Shown here: positions 40,115-51,236 of the stretch, piece by piece
Position numbering within the stretch: the stretch's first letter is position 1
Layout of the letters: each line of letters opens with the position of its first letter
Assembly (NCBI RefSeq): GCF_008274825.1
Contig: NZ_CP030848.1
Span: 3,035,618-3,099,617, forward strand
From: Sphingobacterium hotanense
GTDB lineage: Bacteria > Bacteroidota > Bacteroidia > Sphingobacteriales > Sphingobacteriaceae
Direction: 5' to 3'
DNA length: 64,000 bases
Notes under the pieces: model-generated
The model's database searches: none
Seen by the model: the letters and a program-made list of their open reading frames with translations, nothing else
Told to the model about the DNA's origin: nothing
Translations under genes and position numbers: made by a program

Positions 40115-41026
40115 TTAGACCGCCTGATCTACTTTGGCGTGCGCAATTTGTAGTTCTGCAGAATGTTTACTGATAAACTCTGATGGAGAGGTATTGAGAA
40201 TACTTTTGAATATGCGATTAAAATGCACAACCGTGTTGAATCCACATTGATATGCTACTTCTGATATATTCTCTGTAGACTTGTTGATCAATAATTGGCA
40301 AGCTTTCTCGATTCTTATTTCGTTCAAAAAGGTAACATAGGTTTTCATCGTGTGCTTTTTGAAGTACTTACAAAAAGCCGAAGGCGTCATATGGATAAGC
40401 TTTGAGACCTCTTCGATGCTGATTTCCTTATCGTAATTCGCTAATGAGAAACGAAGTACTTCGTTGATTCGGATACCGACTTTATCGTTGAATGTAGATT
40501 CAGGAAGTCCGGAATACAGGGAATACATATCCTGTTCATGACGGATCAGGAATTGGAAGATATCGAGGATCGATATGATCTTCTTCATCCCCTCTCCTTT
40601 TGCCAACTCAATAAACTTATCCTTAATTCCCAAACTAACATCTTGAGAGATTTTCTTACTTGAATCTAGCTTCTTGAAGAAATCGCGTGCGGGATGCAAT
40701 TCCGATAAATCGAAAAAGTGCCACAGTTTATCAAATGCAACGAAAATATGAATCACATGGATATTCTCTTCATCTGGTCCTTCTTTGATAAAGATATGAG
40801 GATCGTTCGCCTTCATGATGTAGATTTCATCATCGGAAAAAGGTTGGATCAAGTTACCGATCAGCATGGATCCGCTGCCTTTTAGGATATAGGAGATCTG
40901 AAACTCTTTATGGCGATGATAATGATTATAAAAATTGCTACGAAGATCCTCTTGCACATAGAAAGACCCTACCCCTGATGCCGGCGCAGTGAACTCAATA
41001 GGGTTCTTAGAATCGACGTTTCTCAT
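40115..41026 (-). CDS. AraC-family transcriptional regulator (cupin N-terminus plus HTH C-terminus)
   Basis: HTH block LANYDKEISIEEVSKLIHMTPSAFCKYFKK...AYQCGFNTVVHFNRIFK. Confidence 0.8.
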   Translation of the reverse strand: MRNVDSKNPIEFTAPASGVGSFYVQEDLRSNFYNHYHRHKEFQISYILKGSGSMLIGNLIQPFSDDEIYIMKANDPHIFIKEGPDEENIHVIHIFVAFDKLWHFFDLSELHPARDFFKKLDSSKKISQDVSLGIKDKFIELAKGEGMKKIISILDIFQFLIRHEQDMYSLYSGLPESTFNDKVGIRINEVLRFSLANYDKEISIEEVSKLIHMTPSAFCKYFKKHTMKTYVTFLNEIRIEKACQLLINKSTENISEVAYQCGFNTVVHFNRIFKSILNTSPSEFISKHSAELQIAHAKVDQAV

Positions 41027-41287
41027 AATTTAATCCTTAATCTTGAAGGTGTTCGAATATATTAACAGCTGAAACATTAATTAATCCCATAATTTAGTTC
41101 CTTCAAAAGCACCTATAATCAGGTGCAAATCTAAGCATACTTTATGGGTTAAATGTAATATTTGGATACTACTTTCCTACGATTAAAAAGAACAACCTTT
41201 CCGAGGAAAGGTCATTCTTCATTAAAATTAGTTAAAAGTTAAAGAAATCATGGGTATTTGCTCGGATACCTCCCAGCATCTACCGGA

Positions 41288-42856
41288 TTATTTTTGACGG
41301 AATTGTTCGTAGTTTTTCTCGAACAATCCTTTAAGTTCCAATGCTTGTTTCTCATATGCTGCAGCGTCTTCCCAGAGTGCTACAGGGTTAAGAATTTCTG
41401 CAGGCACTGCATCGCAAGCTTTCGGCATATGCAATCCGAAGATCGGATGTGTGATATATTCCTGCTCCGATAGTTTACCTGCTAAGGCTTCACGAATTAA
41501 GGTTCTGGTGTAGCCTAATTTAATGCGATTTCCAACGCCATAAGGGCCGGCAACCCATCCGGTGTTCACTAACCATACCTGGATATCCGGATGCTGTTCC
41601 AATTTCTCACCCAATAGATCCGCATACTTCGTAGGATGCAATGGTAAGAATGCCTGTCCGAAACATGCTGAGAAGGTTGCTTGCGGTGTTGTAATACCAG
41701 CTTCCGTCCCGGCAATCTTCGATGTATAGCCGTTGATAAAATAATACATCGCTTGTTCAACGGTCAGTTTAGAAATTGGAGGCAAAACGCCAAATGCATC
41801 TGCTGCCAAAAAGAAAATATGCTTAGGCGCTGATCCTTGACCGTTTGGAACGATGTTCTCAATAAATTCTAGGGGGTAAGAAACGCGAATATTCTCTGTG
41901 ATACTCTTATCCTCGTAGTCAGGCTGACGAGTTCCTTCGTGGAATTTCACATTCTCTAAAAGGGAATTGAAACGAACCGCTTGGTAGATCTCGGGTTCTG
42001 ATTCTGCGTTTAAGCCGATGCACTTCGCATAACATCCGCCTTCGATATTGAACACTTTATTTTCCGTCCAAACATGCTCATCATCTCCGATTAGCTGTCT
42101 GCGTTTATCCGAAGACAAGGTTGTTTTTCCTGTACCAGACAAGCCGAAGTAAAGGGCCGTTTCACCATTCTCGCCACGATTAGCCGAACAGTGCATTGTT
42201 AAATACTGCTTATAAGTAGGTAACAAGTAGTTTAACACGGTGAAGATACTTTTCTTGATCTCGCCAGTATATCCTGTTCCTGCGATCAGAACGATTCGCT
42301 TCGTAAAGTTAATCGCTACGAAGTTCTCATTATTTAGTCCTAATGTCGCGTAATCTGCGATAGTATATTGCGGAGCAACTAATATTGACCAATCAGGTTG
42401 ATTCTCCGCTTTCGCGTCATTGTCATTAATAAATAGATTTGAAGCGAAGAGATTGTGCGACGCATTCGTTGAAACAACGCGGATTGTAATTTCCTCTGCG
42501 GGATCCGCACATGCTTTTGCATCTAGAACATAGAGTTTTTGCTGTGATAGGTAATTTGTTACCTGATTCCAAAGCGTTTCAAAATGTGCTTCCGCGATTG
42601 GTTGATTTACGGCATTCCAATTCACTTTATCCTTAGTTTCCTCGTCCAAAACGATGAAACGGTCTTTCGGCGAACGTCCAGTAAATTTTCCGGTTTCAAT
42701 GCATAAGGCGCCATTATCTGCTAATACGCCTTCATTGTTTAAGATAGCTTGCTCAACAAGTTCAGCCGCTTGCAGCTGGTAATGTGAGGTAGCCTGTAGA
42801 TCAATCTGCAAATATTTCAAATCCGGCAGATTTGAATTCGTTTTATATTGCATCAT
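41288..42856 (-). CDS. pckA: Phosphoenolpyruvate carboxykinase (ATP)
   Basis: FGLSGTGKTTLS kinase-1a motif and overall PckA-like sequence of 522 aa. Confidence 0.93.
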   Translation of the reverse strand: MMQYKTNSNLPDLKYLQIDLQATSHYQLQAAELVEQAILNNEGVLADNGALCIETGKFTGRSPKDRFIVLDEETKDKVNWNAVNQPIAEAHFETLWNQVTNYLSQQKLYVLDAKACADPAEEITIRVVSTNASHNLFASNLFINDNDAKAENQPDWSILVAPQYTIADYATLGLNNENFVAINFTKRIVLIAGTGYTGEIKKSIFTVLNYLLPTYKQYLTMHCSANRGENGETALYFGLSGTGKTTLSSDKRRQLIGDDEHVWTENKVFNIEGGCYAKCIGLNAESEPEIYQAVRFNSLLENVKFHEGTRQPDYEDKSITENIRVSYPLEFIENIVPNGQGSAPKHIFFLAADAFGVLPPISKLTVEQAMYYFINGYTSKIAGTEAGITTPQATFSACFGQAFLPLHPTKYADLLGEKLEQHPDIQVWLVNTGWVAGPYGVGNRIKLGYTRTLIREALAGKLSEQEYITHPIFGLHMPKACDAVPAEILNPVALWEDAAAYEKQALELKGLFEKNYEQFRQK

Positions 42857-43060
42857 AATAGGTATTTTTAATGCTTATTTCTTCGGTAAAGGTACAGTGT
42901 ACTATTAGACCGATATTAACCGCAAATGGCAATTTGTTAACCTATATTGTCCTAAATTTTACAGGCTAATAGAAAATTAAAATAAGAAGAGTAAAATACC
43001 ACGGTTTAAAGCATATTTACCATATATTTATCATGTAAATAAAATCCCTAGACGGACAAA

Positions 43061-43441
43061 ATGATTAAAGAAGTTTTTATTATTGGAATAGGTGGTGCGG
43101 TAGGAAGCATCCTGCGTTATACGACGGGACAATATATTGCGAAGCATTTCCCCCATGCCATTCCAACAGGAACTTTATTAGTGAATATCATTGGCTGTCT
43201 ACTGATCGGATTCCTAATTGGTTTTTTCGATAAACAGCAAATCATCAATGCCCACTGGAAATTGCTTCTGATTACAGGGTTCTGCGGAGGTTTCACCACC
43301 TTTTCGACCTTTGCCGCCGAAAACTACAATCTTATAACCAATAACCAGATTCCTCAAGCGCTATTATACATCGGTTTAAGCGTAATACTTGGCCTGCTTG
43401 CAGTATGGGCAGGATTATCGATCTCTAGACTGATAGCCTAA
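43061..43441 (+). CDS. crcB: Fluoride ion channel CrcB/FluC
   Basis: 126-aa four-TM protein with GIGGAVGSILRY...GFCGGFTTFSTF motifs. Confidence 0.85.
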   Translation: MIKEVFIIGIGGAVGSILRYTTGQYIAKHFPHAIPTGTLLVNIIGCLLIGFLIGFFDKQQIINAHWKLLLITGFCGGFTTFSTFAAENYNLITNNQIPQALLYIGLSVILGLLAVWAGLSISRLIA

Positions 43442-43856
43442 ACATTTATTGTATGCGCTTTGCTATTCAGCTCATCGCTGAGTGAACATTCTATTTTATT
43501 AGTTAAATAATCTGAAATTCTCTCCACATCTCATACTAGATTTTCACAGTTTGTGACAAATGGTTACAAGGGAAACTTTTTTTTAAAATTTAACATAGAT
43601 TTTTATCAGACTCAACAGGACTCACTTTTTCTGAAAAACAAAAACATTAAATATCTGATTAAAAATACATTACGTTTATTAATTAAATAAGCATCCTCTA
43701 CCGAATATCAATTCATTTTTTACAATACTTTCCTCGAGTTAGATTAAGAATTGTTAAAAAGTGTAAATCATTGCTCAAAATTTCAATAGATTTATCATAG
43801 TGTTCCATCTCTAGCCCTAGAGACTTCACAAAAATTATAAAACTAAAAAACGAACA

Positions 43857-46800
43857 ATGAAACAAAGATTACTTAGTCTTTTAGTGCTATGTACGCTTAT
43901 GGTTGGAGCGGCTTTTGCACAAAATCGCCAAGTAACGGGAAAAGTATCCTCGTCATCAGATGGATCTCCGATCTCGGGCGCCTCAGTTTCAGTAGTTGGA
44001 GGAACTGCTGGAACTCAAACAGACAATGAAGGTAACTTCAGCTTGGAAGTCCCCACGTCTGCAACTCAATTAAATGTATCCTACATAGGATATACCTCAC
44101 AAAGGGTTTCCATAGGAAACCGATCAGTTATCAACATCCAATTAGTTTCAGAAGATGAAACGTTAGAAGAAGTCGTTGTGACGGCGTTAGGTATCTCCAG
44201 AGAGAAAAGATCTTTGGGATATGCTGCACAGGAGGTTAAAGGCGATGTCTTAACCGCAGCACGTGGTGGAAATGCACTACAGTCACTATCTGGAAATGTG
44301 GCCGGAGCAGTAGTTTCTGCACCTTCGTCCAGCCTAGGCGGTTCTACGCGTATCGTATTAAGAGGTATCGGTTCCCTAACTGGTGAAAACAAACCTTTAA
44401 TCGTTGTAGATGGTATCCCAATGGACAACTCGAACTACAACACTGCGAATGCAGAGAGAGGTGCGGGTGGACGTGACTATGGTGATGCCGGATTTGACAT
44501 CAACCCTGATGATATCGAGTCGGTAAACGTATTAAAAGGTGGTCCTGCATCGGCTTTATACGGTGCAAGAGCGTCGAATGGTGTTGTTTTGATCAAAACA
44601 AAAAAAGCACAAAAAGGCCGCGATGAGATTGTCGTAAATACAGGTGTGGCATTCGAAAATTTAGGTATTACACCAAAGCTTCAAAAACTATACGGTGGTG
44701 GTCTTGGTCCAGAATTCATTAATCAAACCATTGACGGGAAAGATTATCTGTTGGTAGATTATAATGCCGATGAATCTTGGGGAGCGAAATACGAGAACCA
44801 ACAAGTATTGCATTGGGATGCTTTTGATCCTGAAGACCCGGAAAACTACATGAAAACTAGAGCATGGCAATACCCTACGAACGATTACAAAACTTTCTTT
44901 GAAACCGGCGTAGCATATAATAATGCGATCTCACTTGCTAAATCCTATGAAAATACATCGGCTAGACTATCTCTTTCGAATGTGTCACAATCGGGTATTG
45001 TTCCAAACACCGAGTTAAAAAGAACAACGGCAGCATTAAGTATCGACAATAAATTCTCGGATAAATTCTCCGCACGAGGTACGATCAATTACATTCGTAC
45101 GAATGGATTTAATCGTCCTGAACAAGGATATGGCGACGCTTCGATCGGTCAAAAGATGTTCCAATGGGGACAAATGCAATTAGACTATAAACGTCTTCAA
45201 AAATACAAAACATCGGCAGGTGCTCAAAAAACATGGAACCGCTCGTCTTGGGATGATGCAACACCAAAATACTCTGATAACTATTATTGGATTGTCAATG
45301 AAAATACTTCAGACGATCAACGTGATAGATTCTATGGTAATGTGGAAGTACGCTACGACTTCATGCCTGGGCTATATGTGACAGGAAATGTCTACGGCGA
45401 TAATTACACTTTGAAAATTGGCGAACGTGTTGCTGTGGGTTCACAAGGGGTATCAGGATTCACAGAAAGAATCAGAGAGTTTACGGAGATGAACTATGAA
45501 GGTAGATTACATTACGACAAAAAATGGGAAGACTTCTCATTCAACGCCTTTATCGGTGCTAACCGTCGTAATACAACTAGATTCTCTTCAAACTCCAACA
45601 CAAACGGTGGACTTATCGTTCCGAATCTGTACACGACAAATAATAGTATGGATGCCGTTACGCTACAGACAACCTTGTCTAGAAAACGCGTAAACTCGGT
45701 ATTTGGTAACTTCTCATTAGGATACAAAGATTTCTTATATGCTGACTTTGGATGGCGTAATGACTGGTCTTCTACACTACCTGAAGGCGATAATTCATAT
45801 TTCTACCCTTCTGTAACAGGATCTTTTGTATTCACAAAATTTGTTGATGCAGAGTGGTTAAGCTTTGGTAAACTACGTGCTGGTTGGTCTCAAGTAGGTA
45901 ATGATACTGATCCGTATCGCTTATTAGACGTGTATCTTAATAACACATATGGAAACACCTCTTATCTTGAAGTTCCATATTTCTTAAAAAGTCTTCAGAA
46001 GCTAAACCCTAATCTTCGCCCGGAAACTAAGAAGTCTTATGAATTCGGTCTTGAAACATCCATGTTTGACAGCCGAGTTAGTTTAGATTTCACCTATTAC
46101 AACGAAGAAACTACGGACCTGATTATGCCTGTTACTACAGGACCAGAAACAGGATATTCGTCAAAAATATTTAATGCTGGACGTGCTGTTAACAAAGGTA
46201 TAGAGGCCATGTTAACATTAGTACCAGTTCGCAATGACAATTTCGAGTGGTCAACTTCAATAAACTTTGCTCGAAACAGAAACAAAGTCGTTGAATTATA
46301 TGAGGGTATCAAATCCCTTCCGCTTGCAAACGCGCCATTTAAAGCTTCTCTGGTTGCTATGGTGGGCCAACCGTATGGACAGATCTATGGTTCTGACTTT
46401 ATTTACGATGACCAAGGAAATAAGGTAGTGGGTGCAAATGGTTTGTATCTATCCTCAGATGCAAAGAACCTGGGAACAATCCTTCCTGATTTTAATGCTG
46501 GTTGGAGAAACAATATTCGTTATAAGGACTTCACATTTAGCGCATTGATCGACATCCAAAAAGGTGGTAAATACTTCTCCGTATCAAACATGTTTGGTCA
46601 TTACACAGGGGTATTGGAAGAAACTGCTGCAAATGGTGTTCGGGAGAATGACTTTGTTGCCCCTGGCGTAACTGGAACAGTTAATAAAGCTCCAGACGGT
46701 TCTTACACAGTAACTAATACAAAAGAGAATACAACGGAGGTATCCGCATACAGATACTTTAGAAATTACTATGGCGGTCCAACTGTACAAAACGTTTTTG

Positions 46801-47048
46801 ATGCCGACTACGTTAAATTGAGAGAAATCACGCTTGGATACAACTTACCATCTTCATTTGTTAGCAAACTGCGTTTGAAGAATGCTACGATCTCTGGCTT
46901 CGCGAGAAACCTTGCTGCCTGGGGTTTAGCGAATAAAAACTTCGACCCAGAAATGACAACAACAGGATCGGGTAATATCCAAGGATTTGAAGGCGGTAAT
47001 TTACCTGCATCAAGAAACTTCGGCTTAAACTTGAAATTACAGTTTTAA
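43857..47048 (+). CDS. SusC/RagA-family TonB-linked outer-membrane transporter
   Basis: 1063 aa with signal peptide, a carboxypeptidase-regulatory-like N-terminal domain, a TonB box region (EEVVVTALGI) and a plug. Followed 19 nt later by a SusD-like gene. Confidence 0.9.
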   Translation: MKQRLLSLLVLCTLMVGAAFAQNRQVTGKVSSSSDGSPISGASVSVVGGTAGTQTDNEGNFSLEVPTSATQLNVSYIGYTSQRVSIGNRSVINIQLVSEDETLEEVVVTALGISREKRSLGYAAQEVKGDVLTAARGGNALQSLSGNVAGAVVSAPSSSLGGSTRIVLRGIGSLTGENKPLIVVDGIPMDNSNYNTANAERGAGGRDYGDAGFDINPDDIESVNVLKGGPASALYGARASNGVVLIKTKKAQKGRDEIVVNTGVAFENLGITPKLQKLYGGGLGPEFINQTIDGKDYLLVDYNADESWGAKYENQQVLHWDAFDPEDPENYMKTRAWQYPTNDYKTFFETGVAYNNAISLAKSYENTSARLSLSNVSQSGIVPNTELKRTTAALSIDNKFSDKFSARGTINYIRTNGFNRPEQGYGDASIGQKMFQWGQMQLDYKRLQKYKTSAGAQKTWNRSSWDDATPKYSDNYYWIVNENTSDDQRDRFYGNVEVRYDFMPGLYVTGNVYGDNYTLKIGERVAVGSQGVSGFTERIREFTEMNYEGRLHYDKKWEDFSFNAFIGANRRNTTRFSSNSNTNGGLIVPNLYTTNNSMDAVTLQTTLSRKRVNSVFGNFSLGYKDFLYADFGWRNDWSSTLPEGDNSYFYPSVTGSFVFTKFVDAEWLSFGKLRAGWSQVGNDTDPYRLLDVYLNNTYGNTSYLEVPYFLKSLQKLNPNLRPETKKSYEFGLETSMFDSRVSLDFTYYNEETTDLIMPVTTGPETGYSSKIFNAGRAVNKGIEAMLTLVPVRNDNFEWSTSINFARNRNKVVELYEGIKSLPLANAPFKASLVAMVGQPYGQIYGSDFIYDDQGNKVVGANGLYLSSDAKNLGTILPDFNAGWRNNIRYKDFTFSALIDIQKGGKYFSVSNMFGHYTGVLEETAANGVRENDFVAPGVTGTVNKAPDGSYTVTNTKENTTEVSAYRYFRNYYGGPTVQNVFDADYVKLREITLGYNLPSSFVSKLRLKNATISGFARNLAAWGLANKNFDPEMTTTGSGNIQGFEGGNLPASRNFGLNLKLQF

Positions 47049-47066
47049 TCATTTGAATTAGAGAAC

Positions 47067-48659
47067 ATGAAAAATATAAAATCTATACTATTAACTTCTG
47101 TAATTGGAATTGCGTCTTTAACGTTTAGTTCCTGCACAAAAGATTTAGGAGAAATAAACAAGAACCCCAATTCGCCGGAAATCGCACCGACAAATATGAT
47201 ATTCAACGGCGCAAATCGCGTATTATTTGACAACACACGCGATGGTTGGTGGATGGCTAGAATGTCTATGCCGTGGATGCAGTACTCAGCACAGAGCAAC
47301 TATGTAGAGGAAGACAAGTACGCGTATAGGGATAATCAAACCACCAACGGTTGGATCTTTCTTTACCGCGTTGCAAATAACTACAAAGATTTAATCGAAA
47401 AATGTGAGGATCCCGCAACAGAGGTTCAGATGACGCAATATGGACCATTACAAAATCAAATTGCCATATCCAGAATCATGCTTGCCTATGTTTTCGACAA
47501 TTTAGTAACACACTTTGGCGATGTTCCTTACTGGTCTTACGGACAAAAGGACAACCCCAATTTCCAAGCGCTGAATATTGATAAATATCTTACGCCTGCC
47601 TACGCAAAACAAGACGAAATCTACGCTGACCTTTTAAACGAATTAAAAGAAGCAGCCAATCAGTTAGATGTTTCCGCTGGTGGATTCGTGAGTGGTGATA
47701 ATATATATAAGGAACCAGGTGCTGCTGCCGCATGGAAGAAATTTGCGAATTCCTTACGATTAAGAATTGCAAACCGGATTAAGAAGGTGCATCCGGCTGC
47801 AGTAGCAGAAATGCGCGACGCAGTGGCTTCCGGAGTCTTTACCTCCAATGCGGATAACGCCATCCACAAATCCGGTTCAACAAACTTAGAAGGAAACCCG
47901 CTCTGGAAAACATTCTTTGTAGATAACCGTACTGACTTCTTTGTGAACAAAACATTTATTGATCTTCTCAAGGGTACCGTCGGTAATTTCGGAGTCGATC
48001 CAAGATTAGTGAAAATCGCCGCGCCAAATGGAATCTCCTGGGCAAAATACAAAGAGGGATATACAGATAACGATACATTAAAATATTATACAGGTATCCC
48101 GAACGGTCTTCCACAAGTAGAAAACTACTATACACAACCAGCCAACGTTAATTTCTTCTCAAGAGATATCTTGAAAGCTACCCGAGGTGAAGTGTTAATG
48201 GAATATGCCGAAGTAGAGTTTATCCTGAGTGAGATGAACAATTGGTCGCAAACGAACTACATTAATGGTGTCAAAGCCAATCTAGAACGCTTGGGCGTAT
48301 CTGACGAAGCTGCGGCAGCTTATATTGCGAAGCTTCCGGCAGCTAATGAAAGAAATGTAATGACACAAAAGTACATTACGTTATTCTTCAACCCTGATGA
48401 AGCATGGAACGAATACCGTAGAACAGGATATCCAGATACACAGATCTTATTGATGCCTGGAGAAACTGGGACTCGTCCGCAGAACAATACGACTTACGTA
48501 TTTACACCATTACAGTCTGGAAACGTCATTGCAAAGGACCTTCCAGCACGCGTGCGCTATCCTTTCACACAGCAAACTTTGAACCCAGAAAACTGGAAAA
48601 AAGCATCTGCTGAGTTAGGTGGCGATGAGATTGATAAGAAACTATGGTTTGCTAAGTAA
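47067..48659 (+). CDS. SusD/RagB-family nutrient-binding outer-membrane lipoprotein
   Basis: Lipoprotein signal (LTFSSCTKD), ~530 aa, directly downstream of SusC. Confidence 0.85.
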   Translation: MKNIKSILLTSVIGIASLTFSSCTKDLGEINKNPNSPEIAPTNMIFNGANRVLFDNTRDGWWMARMSMPWMQYSAQSNYVEEDKYAYRDNQTTNGWIFLYRVANNYKDLIEKCEDPATEVQMTQYGPLQNQIAISRIMLAYVFDNLVTHFGDVPYWSYGQKDNPNFQALNIDKYLTPAYAKQDEIYADLLNELKEAANQLDVSAGGFVSGDNIYKEPGAAAAWKKFANSLRLRIANRIKKVHPAAVAEMRDAVASGVFTSNADNAIHKSGSTNLEGNPLWKTFFVDNRTDFFVNKTFIDLLKGTVGNFGVDPRLVKIAAPNGISWAKYKEGYTDNDTLKYYTGIPNGLPQVENYYTQPANVNFFSRDILKATRGEVLMEYAEVEFILSEMNNWSQTNYINGVKANLERLGVSDEAAAAYIAKLPAANERNVMTQKYITLFFNPDEAWNEYRRTGYPDTQILLMPGETGTRPQNNTTYVFTPLQSGNVIAKDLPARVRYPFTQQTLNPENWKKASAELGGDEIDKKLWFAK

Positions 48660-48676
48660 TCAACCTCCACAATAAG

Positions 48677-48712
48677 AAAAGGCTGCCCTTAAATTGGGGC
48701 AGCCTTTTTCTT
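48677..48712 (+). terminator. Rho-independent terminator after susD
   Basis: aaaaggctgccc ttaaattg gggcagcc ttttt. Confidence 0.8.
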
Positions 48713-48731
48713 GTTATAAAAAATATTTTTA

Positions 48732-49520
48732 TTATTCCTTTATTAAGGCTCTATCTAAATGCACATATCCGCCGTCGACATGAATCAATTGGCCGGTAGT
48801 ATGACTAGAGCGATCTGACAACAAAAACACTGCTGTATTAGCGATTTCATCTACCGTAGTCATTCTATTTCCCAACGGAATTTTACTCGTAATCTTTTGT
48901 AATGTTTCTTCTGGATTATCCAGCGTCTGAATCCAACTTTCATATTGTGGTGTCATACTCTCGGAAACAATGATTGCATTGACACGAAGACCATAAGGCA
49001 ACAGTTCCACCGCCCATTCTCTTGTTAAAGCATTACGGCCACCGTTGGCTGCCGCGTAGCCCGAGGTTCCACCCTGCCCTGTCTCGGCAGTCTTCGAGGA
49101 AATATTCAAGATGCTGCCTTTGCTTTTTATCAATTCTGGCAGGCAATGATGAGCCATTAGATAATAATGGATCAAGCTGTTATGAAGAGATTGTACAAAA
49201 CCATCGTAATTACCCTTCAATAACGAAACGCCATCGTTCAGTCCTGCATTATTCACTAGTCCATCGATTCTGCCAAACTGCGAAACAACTTGTTCAACAG
49301 CCTGCTTACAGGCTTCCGGATTTGCTAACTCAGCTTCTACAGCGAAGGCCCTTCCACCGCTCGCTTCCACCTCTTGTTTGACAGCTTCATTATCCTTTTG
49401 CTTTCTCCCGACGATAACCGGGATTGCCCCTTCCGCAGCAAGCGCCGATACAATACCCTTACCAATACCTTTTGCGCCACCTGTTACTATAACGACCTTA
49501 TCCTTTAAATGTAAATCCAT
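48732..49520 (-). CDS. SDR-family oxidoreductase, candidate sugar 1-dehydrogenase of the non-phosphorylative pathway
   Basis: VTGGAKGIGKGI glycine motif and a YxxxK region. Confidence 0.75.
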   Translation of the reverse strand: MDLHLKDKVVIVTGGAKGIGKGIVSALAAEGAIPVIVGRKQKDNEAVKQEVEASGGRAFAVEAELANPEACKQAVEQVVSQFGRIDGLVNNAGLNDGVSLLKGNYDGFVQSLHNSLIHYYLMAHHCLPELIKSKGSILNISSKTAETGQGGTSGYAAANGGRNALTREWAVELLPYGLRVNAIIVSESMTPQYESWIQTLDNPEETLQKITSKIPLGNRMTTVDEIANTAVFLLSDRSSHTTGQLIHVDGGYVHLDRALIKE

Positions 49521-49524
49521 AGTT

Positions 49525-50355
49525 TTATGTTATCGAATAGAACTTCACTGCATTATCACCCCAGAAACCCTTCAATTCCGCTTCCGAGAAATCCTGCAGT
49601 TTATCCGCTACGATGTTGATACTATCTTCATAAGTTCCTGCTAGCAGGCAAACCGGCCAGTCCGAACCAAACATGACCCTGTCCTTTCCAAAACAAGCAA
49701 TCACATGCTCAATATACTGTGTGAAATGATCCAGCGTCCAGTGCTTCCAATCCGCTTCTGTCGCCAATCCGGATATCTTACAATGAACATTGCTATATCC
49801 CGACAAATCCGCAATGAACTGTGCCCATTCGTCAAACTCTTGCGACTTGATCGGAGGCTTCGCGATATGATCTAACATAAAAGCCTGATCAGGATTTGCG
49901 GAAACACATTTCAGTGTACTCGCATAATGCCTTGGGCGAATAAGCAAATCATAAGTGTACTGATGCTTTGTCAAAGCTGCAATTCCTCTTAAGAATTCAT
50001 CTCTATGCAAGAAATCAGGATCTGATTCCCCTTCTATAATATGGCGAAAACCCTTGATTATGGTATGCTGTTTGAACCTTTCAAGCTGCTCCTCAACGGT
50101 ATCCGATCGTAAATCGACCCACCCGACAACGGCTTTAATCAGTTTATAAAAACCCGAAAGCTCCACTAGAAATTCCGTTTCCTTGACAGATTGATCAGCT
50201 TGTACAGCAACGACACCATCAAACTTATTATCCTTTAAAATCTGCCCAATATCATTCGGTAGAAAGTTCCTTCGAATCGCTTCCATCTCCTCCGTGATCC
50301 AGCTATCGCGAACCGGATCATAAAGCCAAAAATGTTGATGAGCATCAATACGCAT
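49525..50355 (-). CDS. Amidohydrolase-2 family protein, candidate L-fucono/rhamnono-lactonase
   Basis: MRIDAHQHFW N-terminal metal-binding motif typical of amidohydrolase-2 lactonases. Confidence 0.7.
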   Translation of the reverse strand: MRIDAHQHFWLYDPVRDSWITEEMEAIRRNFLPNDIGQILKDNKFDGVVAVQADQSVKETEFLVELSGFYKLIKAVVGWVDLRSDTVEEQLERFKQHTIIKGFRHIIEGESDPDFLHRDEFLRGIAALTKHQYTYDLLIRPRHYASTLKCVSANPDQAFMLDHIAKPPIKSQEFDEWAQFIADLSGYSNVHCKISGLATEADWKHWTLDHFTQYIEHVIACFGKDRVMFGSDWPVCLLAGTYEDSINIVADKLQDFSEAELKGFWGDNAVKFYSIT

Positions 50356-50367
50356 ATCTTCTTCGTT

Positions 50368-51222
50368 TTATTTAGAAAAAGCAACGACCTCTTGTCGTTG
50401 AACACCAAGGTGGTCTGCGCCCAATTCAATAATATCGCCAGGCTGCAAATAAATTGGCGGATTAAATCCTAAGCCGACACCCGCAGGCGTCCCTGTCGAA
50501 ATCACATCCCCTGGCAGTAAGGTCATGAACTGCGAAACGTAAGAAACCACAAACGGCACATTGAAAATCAGGTTGCTGGTATTTCCATCCTGATACATCT
50601 TACCATTCACTTTTAACCAAAGACGAACGGAATTGATATCCGGGATTTCATCAGCTGTAGTCATTACAGGGCCCATTGGCGCGAAGGTATCACATCCTTT
50701 TCCTTTGTCCCATGTACCACCACGCTCCAGCTGGAACTCGCGTTCGGAAACATCATTGTGCAATACATAGCCAGCTACATAATCCAATGCTTCATTTTCA
50801 TCCACATAGGAAGCCTTTTTGCCGATGACAATACCAAACTCCACTTCCCAATCGGTCTTCAGGGAATTCTTAGGAATCATCACCTGATCATTCGGGCCAA
50901 CCAAAGCCGTAGTAGACTTCATAAAGATAATAGGTTCCGCAGGAATCTTTGCTCCTGTTTCTTCCGCATGATCTTTATAGTTTAAGCCAATACATACAAT
51001 CTTCGAAGGACGAACAAAAGGAGCGCCCAATCGAGCATCCGCAGGAATCTCAATCAGATTTCCCTCATTCGCTTTCACAAAATCCTCTAAACGAGCAAGC
51101 CCATTATCTGCAAAAAACTCCTCATTATAATCACCGCCAAAAGCAGAAACATCATAGTTTCTATCCTCGATTTGAACCCCTATTTTTTCTTTCCCAGATT
51201 CTCCGTAACGTATTAATTTCAT
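50368..51222 (-). CDS. Fumarylacetoacetate hydrolase (FAH)-family protein, candidate 2,4-diketo-3-deoxy-6-deoxyhexonate hydrolase
   Basis: FAH-fold motifs (GLNYKDHAEE...PIIFMK...E..LD.E.ELG). Confidence 0.8.
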   Translation of the reverse strand: MKLIRYGESGKEKIGVQIEDRNYDVSAFGGDYNEEFFADNGLARLEDFVKANEGNLIEIPADARLGAPFVRPSKIVCIGLNYKDHAEETGAKIPAEPIIFMKSTTALVGPNDQVMIPKNSLKTDWEVEFGIVIGKKASYVDENEALDYVAGYVLHNDVSEREFQLERGGTWDKGKGCDTFAPMGPVMTTADEIPDINSVRLWLKVNGKMYQDGNTSNLIFNVPFVVSYVSQFMTLLPGDVISTGTPAGVGLGFNPPIYLQPGDIIELGADHLGVQRQEVVAFSK

Positions 51223-51236
51223 TTTATTTGTTTTTT

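Noticed and set aside
42857-43060. Looked for a fluoride (crcB-motif) riboswitch upstream of crcB.
   Set aside because: The 200 bp upstream are AT-rich promoter-like sequence. There is no GGxGATGG...CTGATGATTCCTAC-type conserved core.
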